From assembly GCA_965248435.1 (NCBI GenBank), contig OZ252100.1:3232001-3296000 (forward strand): 64,000 nucleotides of DNA, in the 5' to 3' direction. Positions within the stretch are counted from its first letter, which is position 1. Each line of letters begins with the position of its first letter. The stretch comes from Candidatus Latescibacterota bacterium (lineage in GTDB: Bacteria > Latescibacterota > UBA2968 > GCA-2709665). Of this stretch, positions 9,781 through 19,284 are shown in pieces. The position numbers and the translations under genes are program-made. Below the pieces are notes generated by a model. That model was not told the DNA's origin, made no database searches, and saw only the letters and a list, made by a program, of their open reading frames with translations.

Positions 9781-9924
9781 GACTGCCCTGTTTCATTAGC
9801 GCAAGTTGACAGACGGGAGCAATTGATTTAATTTACGTCTCCTGAACTCATTAATATACAGTGAATTCCAGAGGTTTCAAACGCACACTTCATTCCGCGG
9901 CAAGGGAACAGACCCCGTGAGAAG

Positions 9925-11613
9925 ATGCAGAAAGGGTTCGATGTGTTGAACAAATTCAGTTCTCGAGTGACGCAGGTGAAGGCCCAGGGCGCCTCTCAGG
10001 CCATGCTGTATGGAACGGGTCTGACAGAGGCGGATATGGATAAGGCCCAGGTCGGCATCGCGAGCGTCTGGTACGAAGGCAACACCTGCAACATGCACCT
10101 GCTTGATCTGGCCGAGAAAGTCAAGCTGGGGGTGACAGAGGCCGGTCTGGTTGGGATGCGATTCAATACGGTCGGGGTAAGCGATGGGATATCGATGGGC
10201 ACGGAGGGCATGAGTTACTCTCTGCAGTCGCGCGATCTCATCGCTGATTCGGTCGAGACGATGATGTGTGCCCAGTGGTATGATGCCAACATTTCTATTC
10301 CTGGTTGCGACAAGAACATGCCGGGCTGTCTGATTGCGATGGGGCGCGTGAACAGACCTTCTCTAATGGTGTATGGCGGCACGATAAGAGCCGGCTACTT
10401 TGAAGGAAATAAGCTGGATATCGTGTCCGCATTCCAGAGCTACGGGGAAGTTATCGCCGGCACTCTGGATGAGGCGGGTAGAACCCGCGTCGTTCAGAAT
10501 GCCTGTCCCGGGGCGGGTGCGTGCGGGGGGATGTATACGGCAAACACGATGGCGTCGGCGATCGAGGCGATGGGGATGTCGCTGCCTTACAGCGCATCGA
10601 ATCCTGCCGAGGACCACAAAAAGGTCGAGGAGTGTCGGGCGGCCGGTGCTGCCATTCGAATGCTGCTGGAGAGAGACCTGAAACCCCGGGATATTATGAC
10701 GCGGGAAGCGTTCGAGAATGCGATGGTGGTCGTGATGGCGCTGGGAGGGTCGACGAACGCCGTCCTGCACCTCATCGCGATCGCAAGATCTGTGGGCGTC
10801 GATCTGAAGATCGATGACTTCAAGGCCGTGAGTGAGCGCGTGCCCTTCCTGGCAGACCTGAAGCCGAGCGGGCAGTATGTTATGGAGGACCTGCACCACG
10901 TCGGAGGGACACCTGCAGTGATGAAGTACCTTCTGCACGAAGGGCTTATGAATGGAGACTGTATGACGGTGACGGGACGGACGCTGGCTGAGAATCTGGC
11001 GGACCTGCCCGGGCTTGAGGAAGGTCAGGATGTAATTTATCCGGTGGAGCGCCCGATTAAACCGACCGGACATATCGAGATCTTAAGAGGGAACCTGGCT
11101 CCGGAGGGAGCGGTGGGGAAGATTACGGGGAAGCAAGGGACAAAGTTCGAAGGCCCGGCCCGCGTGTATGATTCCGAGGAGCAGGCGCTGGAGGCGCTGG
11201 AGCAACACAAGGTCCAGGACGGGGATGTCCTGGTGATTCGGTACGAAGGACCGAAGGGAGGCCCGGGGATGCCGGAAATGCTGACGATTACGTCGGCGAC
11301 CGCGGGTGCCGGACTCGTTCAGTCCGTGGCGTTGATCACGGACGGACGGTTTTCGGGTGGGTCTCACGGATTTCTCGTGGGACATATCACACCGGAGGCG
11401 CAGGAGGGGGGACCGATCGCCCTGATTCAGGACGGGGACCGGATTACGATCGATGGAGATGAGAACGAAATTCACGTAGACCTGACCAACGAGGAGCTGG
11501 ACCGTCGACGGGATGCGTGGAAGGCTCCACCCTACAAGGCGACGCGAGGCACCCTCTACAAATATATCAAGACGGTAAAATCGGCCTCTGAGGGTTGTGT
11601 GACAGACGAATAG
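9925..11613 (+). CDS. ilvD: Dihydroxy-acid dehydratase
   Basis: Motifs [59 protein letters not shown]. Confidence 0.97.
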   Translation: MQKGFDVLNKFSSRVTQVKAQGASQAMLYGTGLTEADMDKAQVGIASVWYEGNTCNMHLLDLAEKVKLGVTEAGLVGMRFNTVGVSDGISMGTEGMSYSLQSRDLIADSVETMMCAQWYDANISIPGCDKNMPGCLIAMGRVNRPSLMVYGGTIRAGYFEGNKLDIVSAFQSYGEVIAGTLDEAGRTRVVQNACPGAGACGGMYTANTMASAIEAMGMSLPYSASNPAEDHKKVEECRAAGAAIRMLLERDLKPRDIMTREAFENAMVVVMALGGSTNAVLHLIAIARSVGVDLKIDDFKAVSERVPFLADLKPSGQYVMEDLHHVGGTPAVMKYLLHEGLMNGDCMTVTGRTLAENLADLPGLEEGQDVIYPVERPIKPTGHIEILRGNLAPEGAVGKITGKQGTKFEGPARVYDSEEQALEALEQHKVQDGDVLVIRYEGPKGGPGMPEMLTITSATAGAGLVQSVALITDGRFSGGSHGFLVGHITPEAQEGGPIALIQDGDRITIDGDENEIHVDLTNEELDRRRDAWKAPPYKATRGTLYKYIKTVKSASEGCVTDE

Positions 11614-11614
11614 A

Positions 11615-11802
11615 CTCGTATCTCGTATCTCGGGGCCAGGTTCGTGGCGATGCGAAATGCGGTAATTGACAGGCAAGCAACGAGCCCACTGTACCCGGTA
11701 CCCGTGTTTTGATTTCCTGGGGCGACCCAGCTGTCGCCCCCAAACCGTAAGATCCCTGTAACCTATCTACCTATCCCGGTACCCGGTTCTAACGAGATAC
11801 GC
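11615..11802. repeat. Intergenic element with TCTCGTA heptamers, GTACCCG repeats and a REP-like palindrome
   Basis: CTCGTATCTCGTATCTCGGGGCCA, the GGGGCGAC-N6-GTCGCCCC hairpin at 11719-11740, and an inverted ACGAGATACG near 11790. Confidence 0.6.
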
Positions 11803-11831
11803 GTAGGTGACCTCATGATTGGAGCACGCAC

Positions 11832-12113
11832 ATGAAGGCGGTTTGGAAGGAGACGATCGTCGCGGAGAGCGATCGGACAGTCGTCGTTGAAGGCAATCAT
11901 TACTTTCCCGGGGATTCGATTCGGAAAGAGCACTTTCGGGAGAGCGAGACGCAGACGAACTGCCCCTGGAAGGGGGTGGCGAGTTACTACGACCTGGTTG
12001 TCAGCGATGAGGTGAACGGGGATGCGGCCTGGACCTACCCGGATCCGAAGCCAAAGGCGCTCGAGATCAAGGACCACGTTGCCTTCTGGAAGGGTGTGGA
12101 AGTGACGGGCTGA
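11832..12113 (+). CDS. DUF427 (NTP_transf_9) family protein
   Basis: VAESD.TVVVEGNHYFP, T.CPWKG.ASYY, AAWTYPDP, HVAFWKGV. Confidence 0.9.
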   Translation: MKAVWKETIVAESDRTVVVEGNHYFPGDSIRKEHFRESETQTNCPWKGVASYYDLVVSDEVNGDAAWTYPDPKPKALEIKDHVAFWKGVEVTG

Positions 12114-12225
12114 AGCAAAAACTGCTTGTGTTTGTGGTCTCGATTCTTTATTATATCGTTGTCAGGGATAGACTTACGATACCAAGAGATACTAAGCTCA
12201 TCCCACCCCCCGTGGGAGGCTCTCG

Positions 12226-12438
12226 ATGCCGCTTCGAGTCTCTAATGTTGATTTAAGTCCCAGAAGTCTGCTGGACAACGCCGCGATTCCGACCGGACCG
12301 ATTCCGCCTCCGCGAAATGTGGAGGGGGGAGCTGAGAGACCGCGTGAAGTGAGCACCAACCTGCTCCAGAACACGTTTATACAGCTGAATGCATCCAAGC
12401 AGGACGGCGTCGGCGGCCGGATCGATCTTTTAGGTTAG
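12226..12438 (+). CDS. Small hypothetical protein with a YjfB-like C-terminus
   Basis: GGGAGG RBS, C-terminal GVGGRIDLLG, and its own downstream terminator. Confidence 0.55.
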   Translation: MPLRVSNVDLSPRSLLDNAAIPTGPIPPPRNVEGGAERPREVSTNLLQNTFIQLNASKQDGVGGRIDLLG

Positions 12439-12489
12439 TGATGCATTTAGAGGCACAGTAGTCAGCCTCGCTAAAACCAGGTTTTACAT

Positions 12490-12523
12490 ATCGGGATGGA
12501 CCACACGGGTCCGTCCCGATTTT
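12490..12523 (+). terminator. Intrinsic terminator
   Basis: ATCGGGATGGACC-acacg-GGTCCGTCCCGAT-TTT. Confidence 0.7.
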
Positions 12524-12526
12524 GTT

Positions 12527-12858
12527 CTACCTGACCCCCCCGGCCCCCTTGCTCCCTAATCTGTTCGTCCCACCCCAGAACCCCATGCCTCCGACGGCCG
12601 GAAACCCGTATCTCGTATTTCGCATCTCGTATCTCGGGGCCAACACCGGAGCTCACCAGAACTCGTCGACACCTCGCGTAGTGAATTTGCAAGATACCTC
12701 GGACGAGATACGCTTCACGAGATACGAGATACGTTCATCAGGTGGTTGCAAGGGAGTCCCACACCGCGGTCCGGATGGCATTCAGCGGTGCAAAAGAGTT
12801 CATTAGGTTGACCCCAACATTCAGCGAAGAACCTTCCCTAAAGGGAAGGGGGAGCAGG
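12527..12858. repeat. Composite intergenic repeat: inverted TCTCGTA heptamer arrays plus a CCTTCCCT/AGGGAAGG palindrome
   Basis: CGTATCTCGTATTTCGCATCTCGTATCTCGGGGCCA near 12607, inverted CGAGATACG...CACGAGATACGAGATACG near 12704-12733, and CCTTCCCTAAAGGGAAGG at 12832-12849. Confidence 0.6.
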
Positions 12859-12866
12859 CCCCAAGT

Positions 12867-14351
12867 TTACCTCAGGCCCAGCTCGACCAGGCGCGCTTCA
12901 TCGCCGAGCGGGAACCCTCTCTGTAAGAGCTCCTTCTGGAGCTGCTTGACGTTCAGGTCGCGCGGCTGGACGCCTTCCTTTACGGACATTGCGGCGGCGA
13001 CTCCGGCTGCCTCGCCCAGAAGCATCAAGGCCCCCCTGGCGCGGGCGCTTCCGGGGTCGTGTCCCCGGCGGACGTAAGAGGAGGCCCTTCCCGTGACGAG
13101 GAGGCCGTCCAGGCCCTTGGGGAGGAGGGTCCTGTATGGGGTATCGAAACCTGAGGCTTCCGCACGACGATAGTTGGCATCGTGCGTGTTCCTGAAGAGG
13201 GTGTCATCGAATCGTCTTCCGATTCGGATGTCCTCCGGTGTGAGTACCACCTCCCCGTCGATAAACGGTCCGCCGCGGGAGCCGAGGTAAGGCGCAATCA
13301 GAATAAGGTAGGCGTCCTCGAATCCCGGGATGTAGTTTCGGAAAAACTGGACCGTCTCAACGACGTGCGCGCGGATGGATGACTCCAGCCTGGAGTTCTG
13401 CACCATGTCCTCTCGCCGAATCTCCCCGCCCATGTTGATGCGGCTTCCTACAATGCCACTGGCCGTCGGCTCTCCGATGTCCTGGACGGACACGTGCACG
13501 TTGTGCTCGACAGACTTCTGGTAGTAGTAGTCACCGCGCTCCCACGCCTTCCTGAACAGGGGCACGAACGGATCGGGAAATCGCAGTCCCCGATAGGCCA
13601 TGCCCTCGTGAACAAACTGGTTTCGCTCGTCCAGCCAGGCCTGATCCGCATCGCTGAGTGTTGTCTTCTTGTTTCGAAACTCCCCGAACGCTTTCGCATC
13701 GATGTTCGCGACCGCGTAGAAGATGCCGGTATCGTTCCAGACCTTGTACTCCTCGTGCAGATACTGAGGTTTGATGACCGGATCGTAGGATGGATCTGCA
13801 GGGACGCTCATGATGACGGGTACTCCGGCCCTGCGCGAGATGTCCGCATCGGCTGAGCCATCGATGACGACCCTGGCCTTGACGGCGACCCTTCCAGATT
13901 TGCCTTCCACAAAGAGCCCGACCATGCGGTTCTCTTCGATGATGGGATCGGCTGCCCATACAGAGAGGAGGAGCTCCACGCCGGCCTCCTCGGCCATCTG
14001 TGCCCCGAGATAGGAGATGATGTTCGACTCTTCGGCGTAGTTGGGTTGCAGGTTTCGCTTCAACTGGTCCATCCTCGCCACGAGTTCCTTTGGAATTCCG
14101 ACGAGGCCGTTCGGCAGAGTGATCGTGGATTCATCGTAGACGGAGCCCCCCACGATCATCGCGGGACCCAGGTTTCCTCCAACGACACCGAACCTGTCGA
14201 TCAGGAGGGTCTTGACGCCGAGACGTCCGGCGGCGAGTGCAGAGAAGAGACCGGACAACCCCGCACCGACCACGACGACGTCAACGTCGTAGGCAACGGG
14301 CACGTCCTTTTGGGGTTCGGTCACAAAGCCCAATGGATCGGTTTGCGTCAT
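12867..14351 (-). CDS. FAD-dependent oxidoreductase (FAD_oxidored family)
   Basis: DVVVVGAGLSG Rossmann motif, IDGSADAD, PYRTLLPKGLDGLLVTGR, GEAAGVAAA, LQKELL. Confidence 0.9.
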   Translation of the reverse strand: MTQTDPLGFVTEPQKDVPVAYDVDVVVVGAGLSGLFSALAAGRLGVKTLLIDRFGVVGGNLGPAMIVGGSVYDESTITLPNGLVGIPKELVARMDQLKRNLQPNYAEESNIISYLGAQMAEEAGVELLLSVWAADPIIEENRMVGLFVEGKSGRVAVKARVVIDGSADADISRRAGVPVIMSVPADPSYDPVIKPQYLHEEYKVWNDTGIFYAVANIDAKAFGEFRNKKTTLSDADQAWLDERNQFVHEGMAYRGLRFPDPFVPLFRKAWERGDYYYQKSVEHNVHVSVQDIGEPTASGIVGSRINMGGEIRREDMVQNSRLESSIRAHVVETVQFFRNYIPGFEDAYLILIAPYLGSRGGPFIDGEVVLTPEDIRIGRRFDDTLFRNTHDANYRRAEASGFDTPYRTLLPKGLDGLLVTGRASSYVRRGHDPGSARARGALMLLGEAAGVAAAMSVKEGVQPRDLNVKQLQKELLQRGFPLGDEARLVELGLR

Positions 14352-14435
14352 CCGCTCTCCTTTCAGTCAGAAGTCCAGACTGCTTTCTGTATTTCGTAGG
14401 TGAGAAATATTACTCATATGATACCAATTATGTCT

Positions 14436-15173
14436 TTAAGGAGAGTTCCATTTCTTGAGAGATATCTCTCCGTTTTCCATGACCGCGTAGTGGTCTTCGT
14501 AGAGCCAATCGCCCAGGACGACGAAGGTACCGCCGTCCATCCTGGTTTGAAGCGGACGGTGAAAATGTCCGCAGACGACGATATCGAATCCTCGTGTGAT
14601 CTTTTCGCGAATGACCGGCATGGGGATTTCCCGAGTCGGATTGGCTATGCTGCGTGATCGATAGTTGGAGAGGCGAGAGGTCGTGCTCGCCAGGAAGGCA
14701 CCCAGGTCAGGATGGAGCAGGCGGAAGAGCACGATGCATACCGGGTTTTTCAGGATCCATCGCTTGAGCCGGGCTTTCCAGCTCTCTCGAAGCTCATCTC
14801 CGTGGGTAACGTAAACCCTGCGTCCCTGGTGCTCGACTGCGATTGGCCCCCCAGGGAGGTGCAAACCGACCTGCCCAGACAGGTAATCACCCAGCCAGAT
14901 GTCGTGATTTCCCGGAAGGTAGACGACCCGAACCCCGTCCTGCACGAGCGCGTGAAGGGCGAAGATCACCTTGCCCGCCCGAGCGGGTACGACGGTTCGA
15001 TATTCGAACCAGAAGTCAAACAGGTCCCCGACAATGTAAAGGACCTCCGCATCTTTCCGGATCGAACGAAGGAAGGCGACGAGGGATTCTTCCTGATCCC
15101 GATTCGAACGACCCGAAAGACGGGTACCGAGATGGGCATCAGAGATGAAGTAGATTCGATTTCGGGGCATCAA
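14436..15173 (-). CDS. lpxH: UDP-2,3-diacylglucosamine diphosphatase-like metallophosphoesterase
   Basis: Motifs FISDAHLG, GDLFDFWFEY, GNHD, HGD, GHFH, LGDW. Confidence 0.8.
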   Translation of the reverse strand: MMPRNRIYFISDAHLGTRLSGRSNRDQEESLVAFLRSIRKDAEVLYIVGDLFDFWFEYRTVVPARAGKVIFALHALVQDGVRVVYLPGNHDIWLGDYLSGQVGLHLPGGPIAVEHQGRRVYVTHGDELRESWKARLKRWILKNPVCIVLFRLLHPDLGAFLASTTSRLSNYRSRSIANPTREIPMPVIREKITRGFDIVVCGHFHRPLQTRMDGGTFVVLGDWLYEDHYAVMENGEISLKKWNSP

Positions 15174-15205
15174 ACCTCTGCTATGATCAGGGTTGCGTTT
15201 TTGAC

Positions 15206-17296
15206 TCAGCGAGGATTATCCTCACGCCAGCTTTTTATGGCGTCCGCCTTAGAGAATTCCGGATTCAGTTTCAACACCTTTTCAAAGAGGGCTCGGGCTG
15301 CTTCTATCTGTTGCGCATCCAGGTAGGCGATTCCCAGATTGTAATAGGCCTCTTCGAAATCGGGTTCGATCTCGATCGCCTTCTGATAGCTGGAGATCGC
15401 CCTCTGGATCTGACCCAGGCTCGAACTGGCATTCCCCAGGTTGGCGAAGGCCCGCGAGTGGTTGGCGTTCAACGATACGGTTTTCTCGTAAGCTTGAATG
15501 GCCTCCTCATAACGGCCAAGGCGGTTGTAGGCGTTCCCCATGTTGTAATAGCCGTCGGCATACGCAGGCTGGATGCCAACGGCCTTCTGATAGTATTCGA
15601 CCGCGTTTTCGTAGTCGCCTGTAAGGAAGAACACGCTGCCGACATTTGCGTAGGCGCCCACGAAGTCCGGATCCAGTTCTATGGAACGCCGATAGGCCTC
15701 CAAGGCCTCGTCATATTGTCCCAACTTGAGCCGACAGTTCCCGAGGGAGCTCCAGTGTCTGGGATTGTCGGGGCTCGCATCCAGGGCACGGCTGAAGGCT
15801 GCGCTTGCATTCTCTATCTCTTTGTGATCGAGGTAATGGCGCCCCAGGGTTTCCCATCCATAGGACCGAGCAGTCGGCGAAAGCTGTGTCCTTTGCATCA
15901 AGAGGTCTGAGAATCTGTCGACGGCGGATTCTGGTCGTGCACTGAGCCCGATCCAGGAGGCCGTGTGGAGGCCAGCAGCCAGAAAGATGATGATCCCGAG
16001 TTCGCGCGCTACTCCGGTCCTTCGGTTCCGAGCGATGAAGGATCGCGCCGACCAGAGGGTGAATGGAAGGGCAGCGAAAGCAAGCGCATCCCAGTCCCGG
16101 AAGGCGCCGATTTCGGGGTTCACGAGGAGTGTGAAGGCAATCGGAAAGATCGCGGCCGCGAGGAAGAAGGTGCGGATCGAATCTGGGGGTAATCTGCCCC
16201 TCCGGAAGGTGCAGATTGCGATTAACGCCGCGGGAGCCACGAGGAGGTACTGGTTGAATATGGCAAGGATATGTGCGGGAGAGAAGAGGGTGTAGGGCTG
16301 ATCAGGGCCGTCCTGCCCGAAAATCGAAAGGAGGTGGGAGGGCCTCACGTTTTCCGTGTAGGCGGGGAGACTGAAACCGATCATCCAGAGGATGAGGAGG
16401 GCCAGGATGGGCGCGACACCGATCGCGAGCCCGTTCATCGTCACGGCCCTTACGCGCGAACGGTCTGGTTCAGGATCGCTGGACTGTGCCGAAAGCAGGA
16501 AAAGGGACGGAGCGAGCGTCACAGTGACGAAGTGCAAAGGGAAGAGCACCCCCAGGACGACGGCAGGCACCCAAAGCGGAAGTCGTTTCTGAAGGACGAG
16601 GGACCCGGTCCAGAGGTAGAGGAGGATGACCGGAGGCAGGATGGCATAGGTCTCCACGTATCCGAAGAAGAGCTGAAGGAAGCCCGCGGTGAGCAAGAAC
16701 CCGAGCGTGACAAGCCGCTCGGCAGCGTTTTGGCCGAGTGTGCGGGCGACGGGGAACGCTAGCGCGGAGTAGAGGATCCCGGATGCGGTGCTCCAGGATC
16801 GGTAGACGGTCTCTGGCGAATCCAGCGTGCTGGTGGCGTATCCATAGATGGCCTTTATGCTCCAGTAGCTGAGTGGGGCATTCACACCTTTCCACGTCAC
16901 GCTGGGCTTGAAGAAGGTTAGGTCGCGCAGTAGAAGAGATCCGTCCCCGAGGAGGTGCAGCGCCGATCTGAAAGTGAAGAAGAGTATGGCGCCCACGATC
17001 GCGAGGATGACGGAGGAGAGGATGACTGAGCGGACCGAACGCCAGGGATCGAGAGTGGAGATCGTATTCACGAGCGTGTTGATGAGTATCGTCCTGATCG
17101 GGGGCAAAAGAATAATCAAGCTCAAGAGCATGAAGAAGATCAGCCCACGGGTTGAAGTATAGGCCAACATGTTCGCTCCCCACAGGCAGAGCGGATCCCA
17201 GTAGGCCAGGAGGAGGTGGAGGGTGAGGAAACACGAGACAACCGAAATCGGTCTCATCCCGACTGTTGAACTCTTTGGATTGATTCGATCGTGCAT
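15206..17296 (-). CDS. Polytopic membrane protein with C-terminal TPRs (TMTC/GT-C-like architecture), paralog 2
   Basis: About 12 hydrophobic segments with HLLGDG, FFGYVETY and NPEIGAFRDWD, then about 6 TPRs. The start is uncertain (17326/17296/17257). Confidence 0.85.
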   Translation of the reverse strand: MHDRINPKSSTVGMRPISVVSCFLTLHLLLAYWDPLCLWGANMLAYTSTRGLIFFMLLSLIILLPPIRTILINTLVNTISTLDPWRSVRSVILSSVILAIVGAILFFTFRSALHLLGDGSLLLRDLTFFKPSVTWKGVNAPLSYWSIKAIYGYATSTLDSPETVYRSWSTASGILYSALAFPVARTLGQNAAERLVTLGFLLTAGFLQLFFGYVETYAILPPVILLYLWTGSLVLQKRLPLWVPAVVLGVLFPLHFVTVTLAPSLFLLSAQSSDPEPDRSRVRAVTMNGLAIGVAPILALLILWMIGFSLPAYTENVRPSHLLSIFGQDGPDQPYTLFSPAHILAIFNQYLLVAPAALIAICTFRRGRLPPDSIRTFFLAAAIFPIAFTLLVNPEIGAFRDWDALAFAALPFTLWSARSFIARNRRTGVARELGIIIFLAAGLHTASWIGLSARPESAVDRFSDLLMQRTQLSPTARSYGWETLGRHYLDHKEIENASAAFSRALDASPDNPRHWSSLGNCRLKLGQYDEALEAYRRSIELDPDFVGAYANVGSVFFLTGDYENAVEYYQKAVGIQPAYADGYYNMGNAYNRLGRYEEAIQAYEKTVSLNANHSRAFANLGNASSSLGQIQRAISSYQKAIEIEPDFEEAYYNLGIAYLDAQQIEAARALFEKVLKLNPEFSKADAIKSWREDNPR

Positions 17297-17304
17297 TGAA
17301 TTTC

Positions 17305-19284
17305 TCAGGGATTCGAACTCAGCCACGCCCGAATTTCATGCCTGCCCCAATGGGAGGGATCCAATTCCAAAAGTGTAAGGAAATAGTGGCGGGTACTGTC
17401 GATCTGCCCCTGTTCCATGTAGATACTTCCGAGGTTGTAATAAACTTCTGAGTAATGGGCATCGAGTTCGATTGCCCTCCGAAAGGCATTAATGGCCAGT
17501 TGCTTCTCACCCATGCCGCGAAGGGCTGCGCCAAGGTTGTTGAAGGCAATCGCGTAGTCTGGGTTTATTTCGAGTGCACGTCGTAGAAGATCAAGTGCGT
17601 TCTCTGGCCTGCCTAATTCGACATAGACGCCTCCCAGGTTCGTGTGAGCTTCGAAGTAACGCGGATTGATCTTTATCGCCTGCTGGAAATTGCGTGCAGC
17701 ACTTTCGAACTGTTCGTCTTGGACCTTCAGATTGCCAATAGCCATCCAGTAGCGGGGGTTCTCAGGGTTCGCGTCCACGGCCATCCGATATGCGTTCAGG
17801 GACTCCGTCTCCCGACCGGAATCGCGATAGTAAACACCTATCGTTTCCCAGCCAAAAGCTCGTGCGCTGGGTGAGAGCGGGGCGACCTCAAGATTCTGGA
17901 TGAACCGGTCTTCGGTACAGGCCTGGCCCGCATTGAGGCCGATCCATAACGATGTATGGAGGGCTGCACCGCCGCAAATGAGTATGCCTGCGTGGGCGAG
18001 TCGAGTGTTGTCCCGGACCCGATCGGTGAGCGAGAGGGCCGCCCAGAGGGTGAGCGGCAGGCTGGGGAAGGCCATCACGTCCCAATCTCGAAAAGCGCCG
18101 ATCTCGGGGTTTCCCAAGAAGGTCAAAAGGAATGGAAAGGCGCCTGCCCAAAGGAGAAAGGTTTGTTCCGGTCTCTCGGGGAGTTTGGTTCCCGGCCGCA
18201 GGAAAAGCACCATAAGGAAGGAGGAACCCGTGAGGAGGAATTGGTTCAATACATCGAGCATGTGGGCGGGGTCGAAGAGCCGGTAGGGTAAAGAAAAGCC
18301 CGGCGCTGAAAGCAGGGGCAAAAAGCTTCGTCCGCCTACTGTAGCTGCATAGGCCGACGGATTGAATCCGAGCGAGAGCAGGAGGATCAGTGCCACGGCC
18401 GGCGCGGTGGCGAGTGTGGCGAGCGTCTTGAGGAGGGCAGGGAACGAAACGGGGCGAGTCTGGGACGGGACTTCGTCGATTCTGCCCTGGGGACGGGCGG
18501 GCCGCACAGATGACCTATTCAGGTGAAGAAAGACGGCCAGCAGGAGGAGTGACGGCGAAAGTGAGATCGTTTTGAGGTGTAAGGGGATCAGGAGCCCCAA
18601 CAAGAGGGAGGGGACCCAAAGAGAGATTTTTCCACGCAGGGTCTCGATCCCGATCAGAAGGTAGAGAAGGGTCGCCGGGAAGAGGATGGGATAGGTTTCA
18701 ACGTATCCGAAAAAGAGGAGCAGGAATCCGGCGGTGAGCAGGAATCCGAGGATAACGACACTCTCGGTATGTGAACGGCCAAGCTTTCGAGCCATCAGCC
18801 GGCTGAGAAAGACGTAGAAGATCCCCGAGAAGATGCTGCACGCTCTGTATGTAAATTCGGCGGAACCCGAAAGAGAATGGCTAAGCGCGTGGAGCTTTCC
18901 GATCAGCCACAAGAACAGGGGCTTGTTGCTCCCCGTGTGGATCGAGGTATCCAACTCCCTCACCAGGAGGTAGCCGTCGCCGAGGAGATGGGTCGCAGAG
19001 CGAGCTCCAACAAACGCGACAGAAGCAACAACCAACAACAGGAGCATCGATCCGCGTCTTTCCAAGAAACCATCGGCGACCGGAAGCTTTGCCGAGAGCC
19101 GGACCAGATAAAGACGAGTTCTGGGAATCAACAAGAAGGCTGTCAGGGCGAAAAAGGCGGCGAGCGCCCCATCCGGGAGGAAGCGCAGCGTGTCCACGCC
19201 CCAGAGGGGGAACGGATTCCAAAACGCAGACATCAGGTGAAGCCCGAGGAACACACCCACGATGACGGTCAGTCTGGTTATCAT
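17305..19284 (-). CDS. Polytopic membrane protein with C-terminal TPRs, paralog 1
   Basis: Same motifs as paralog 2, with about 5 TPRs. ATG 19284 overlaps the helicase stop codon (ATGA). Confidence 0.85.
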   Translation of the reverse strand: MITRLTVIVGVFLGLHLMSAFWNPFPLWGVDTLRFLPDGALAAFFALTAFLLIPRTRLYLVRLSAKLPVADGFLERRGSMLLLLVVASVAFVGARSATHLLGDGYLLVRELDTSIHTGSNKPLFLWLIGKLHALSHSLSGSAEFTYRACSIFSGIFYVFLSRLMARKLGRSHTESVVILGFLLTAGFLLLFFGYVETYPILFPATLLYLLIGIETLRGKISLWVPSLLLGLLIPLHLKTISLSPSLLLLAVFLHLNRSSVRPARPQGRIDEVPSQTRPVSFPALLKTLATLATAPAVALILLLSLGFNPSAYAATVGGRSFLPLLSAPGFSLPYRLFDPAHMLDVLNQFLLTGSSFLMVLFLRPGTKLPERPEQTFLLWAGAFPFLLTFLGNPEIGAFRDWDVMAFPSLPLTLWAALSLTDRVRDNTRLAHAGILICGGAALHTSLWIGLNAGQACTEDRFIQNLEVAPLSPSARAFGWETIGVYYRDSGRETESLNAYRMAVDANPENPRYWMAIGNLKVQDEQFESAARNFQQAIKINPRYFEAHTNLGGVYVELGRPENALDLLRRALEINPDYAIAFNNLGAALRGMGEKQLAINAFRRAIELDAHYSEVYYNLGSIYMEQGQIDSTRHYFLTLLELDPSHWGRHEIRAWLSSNP

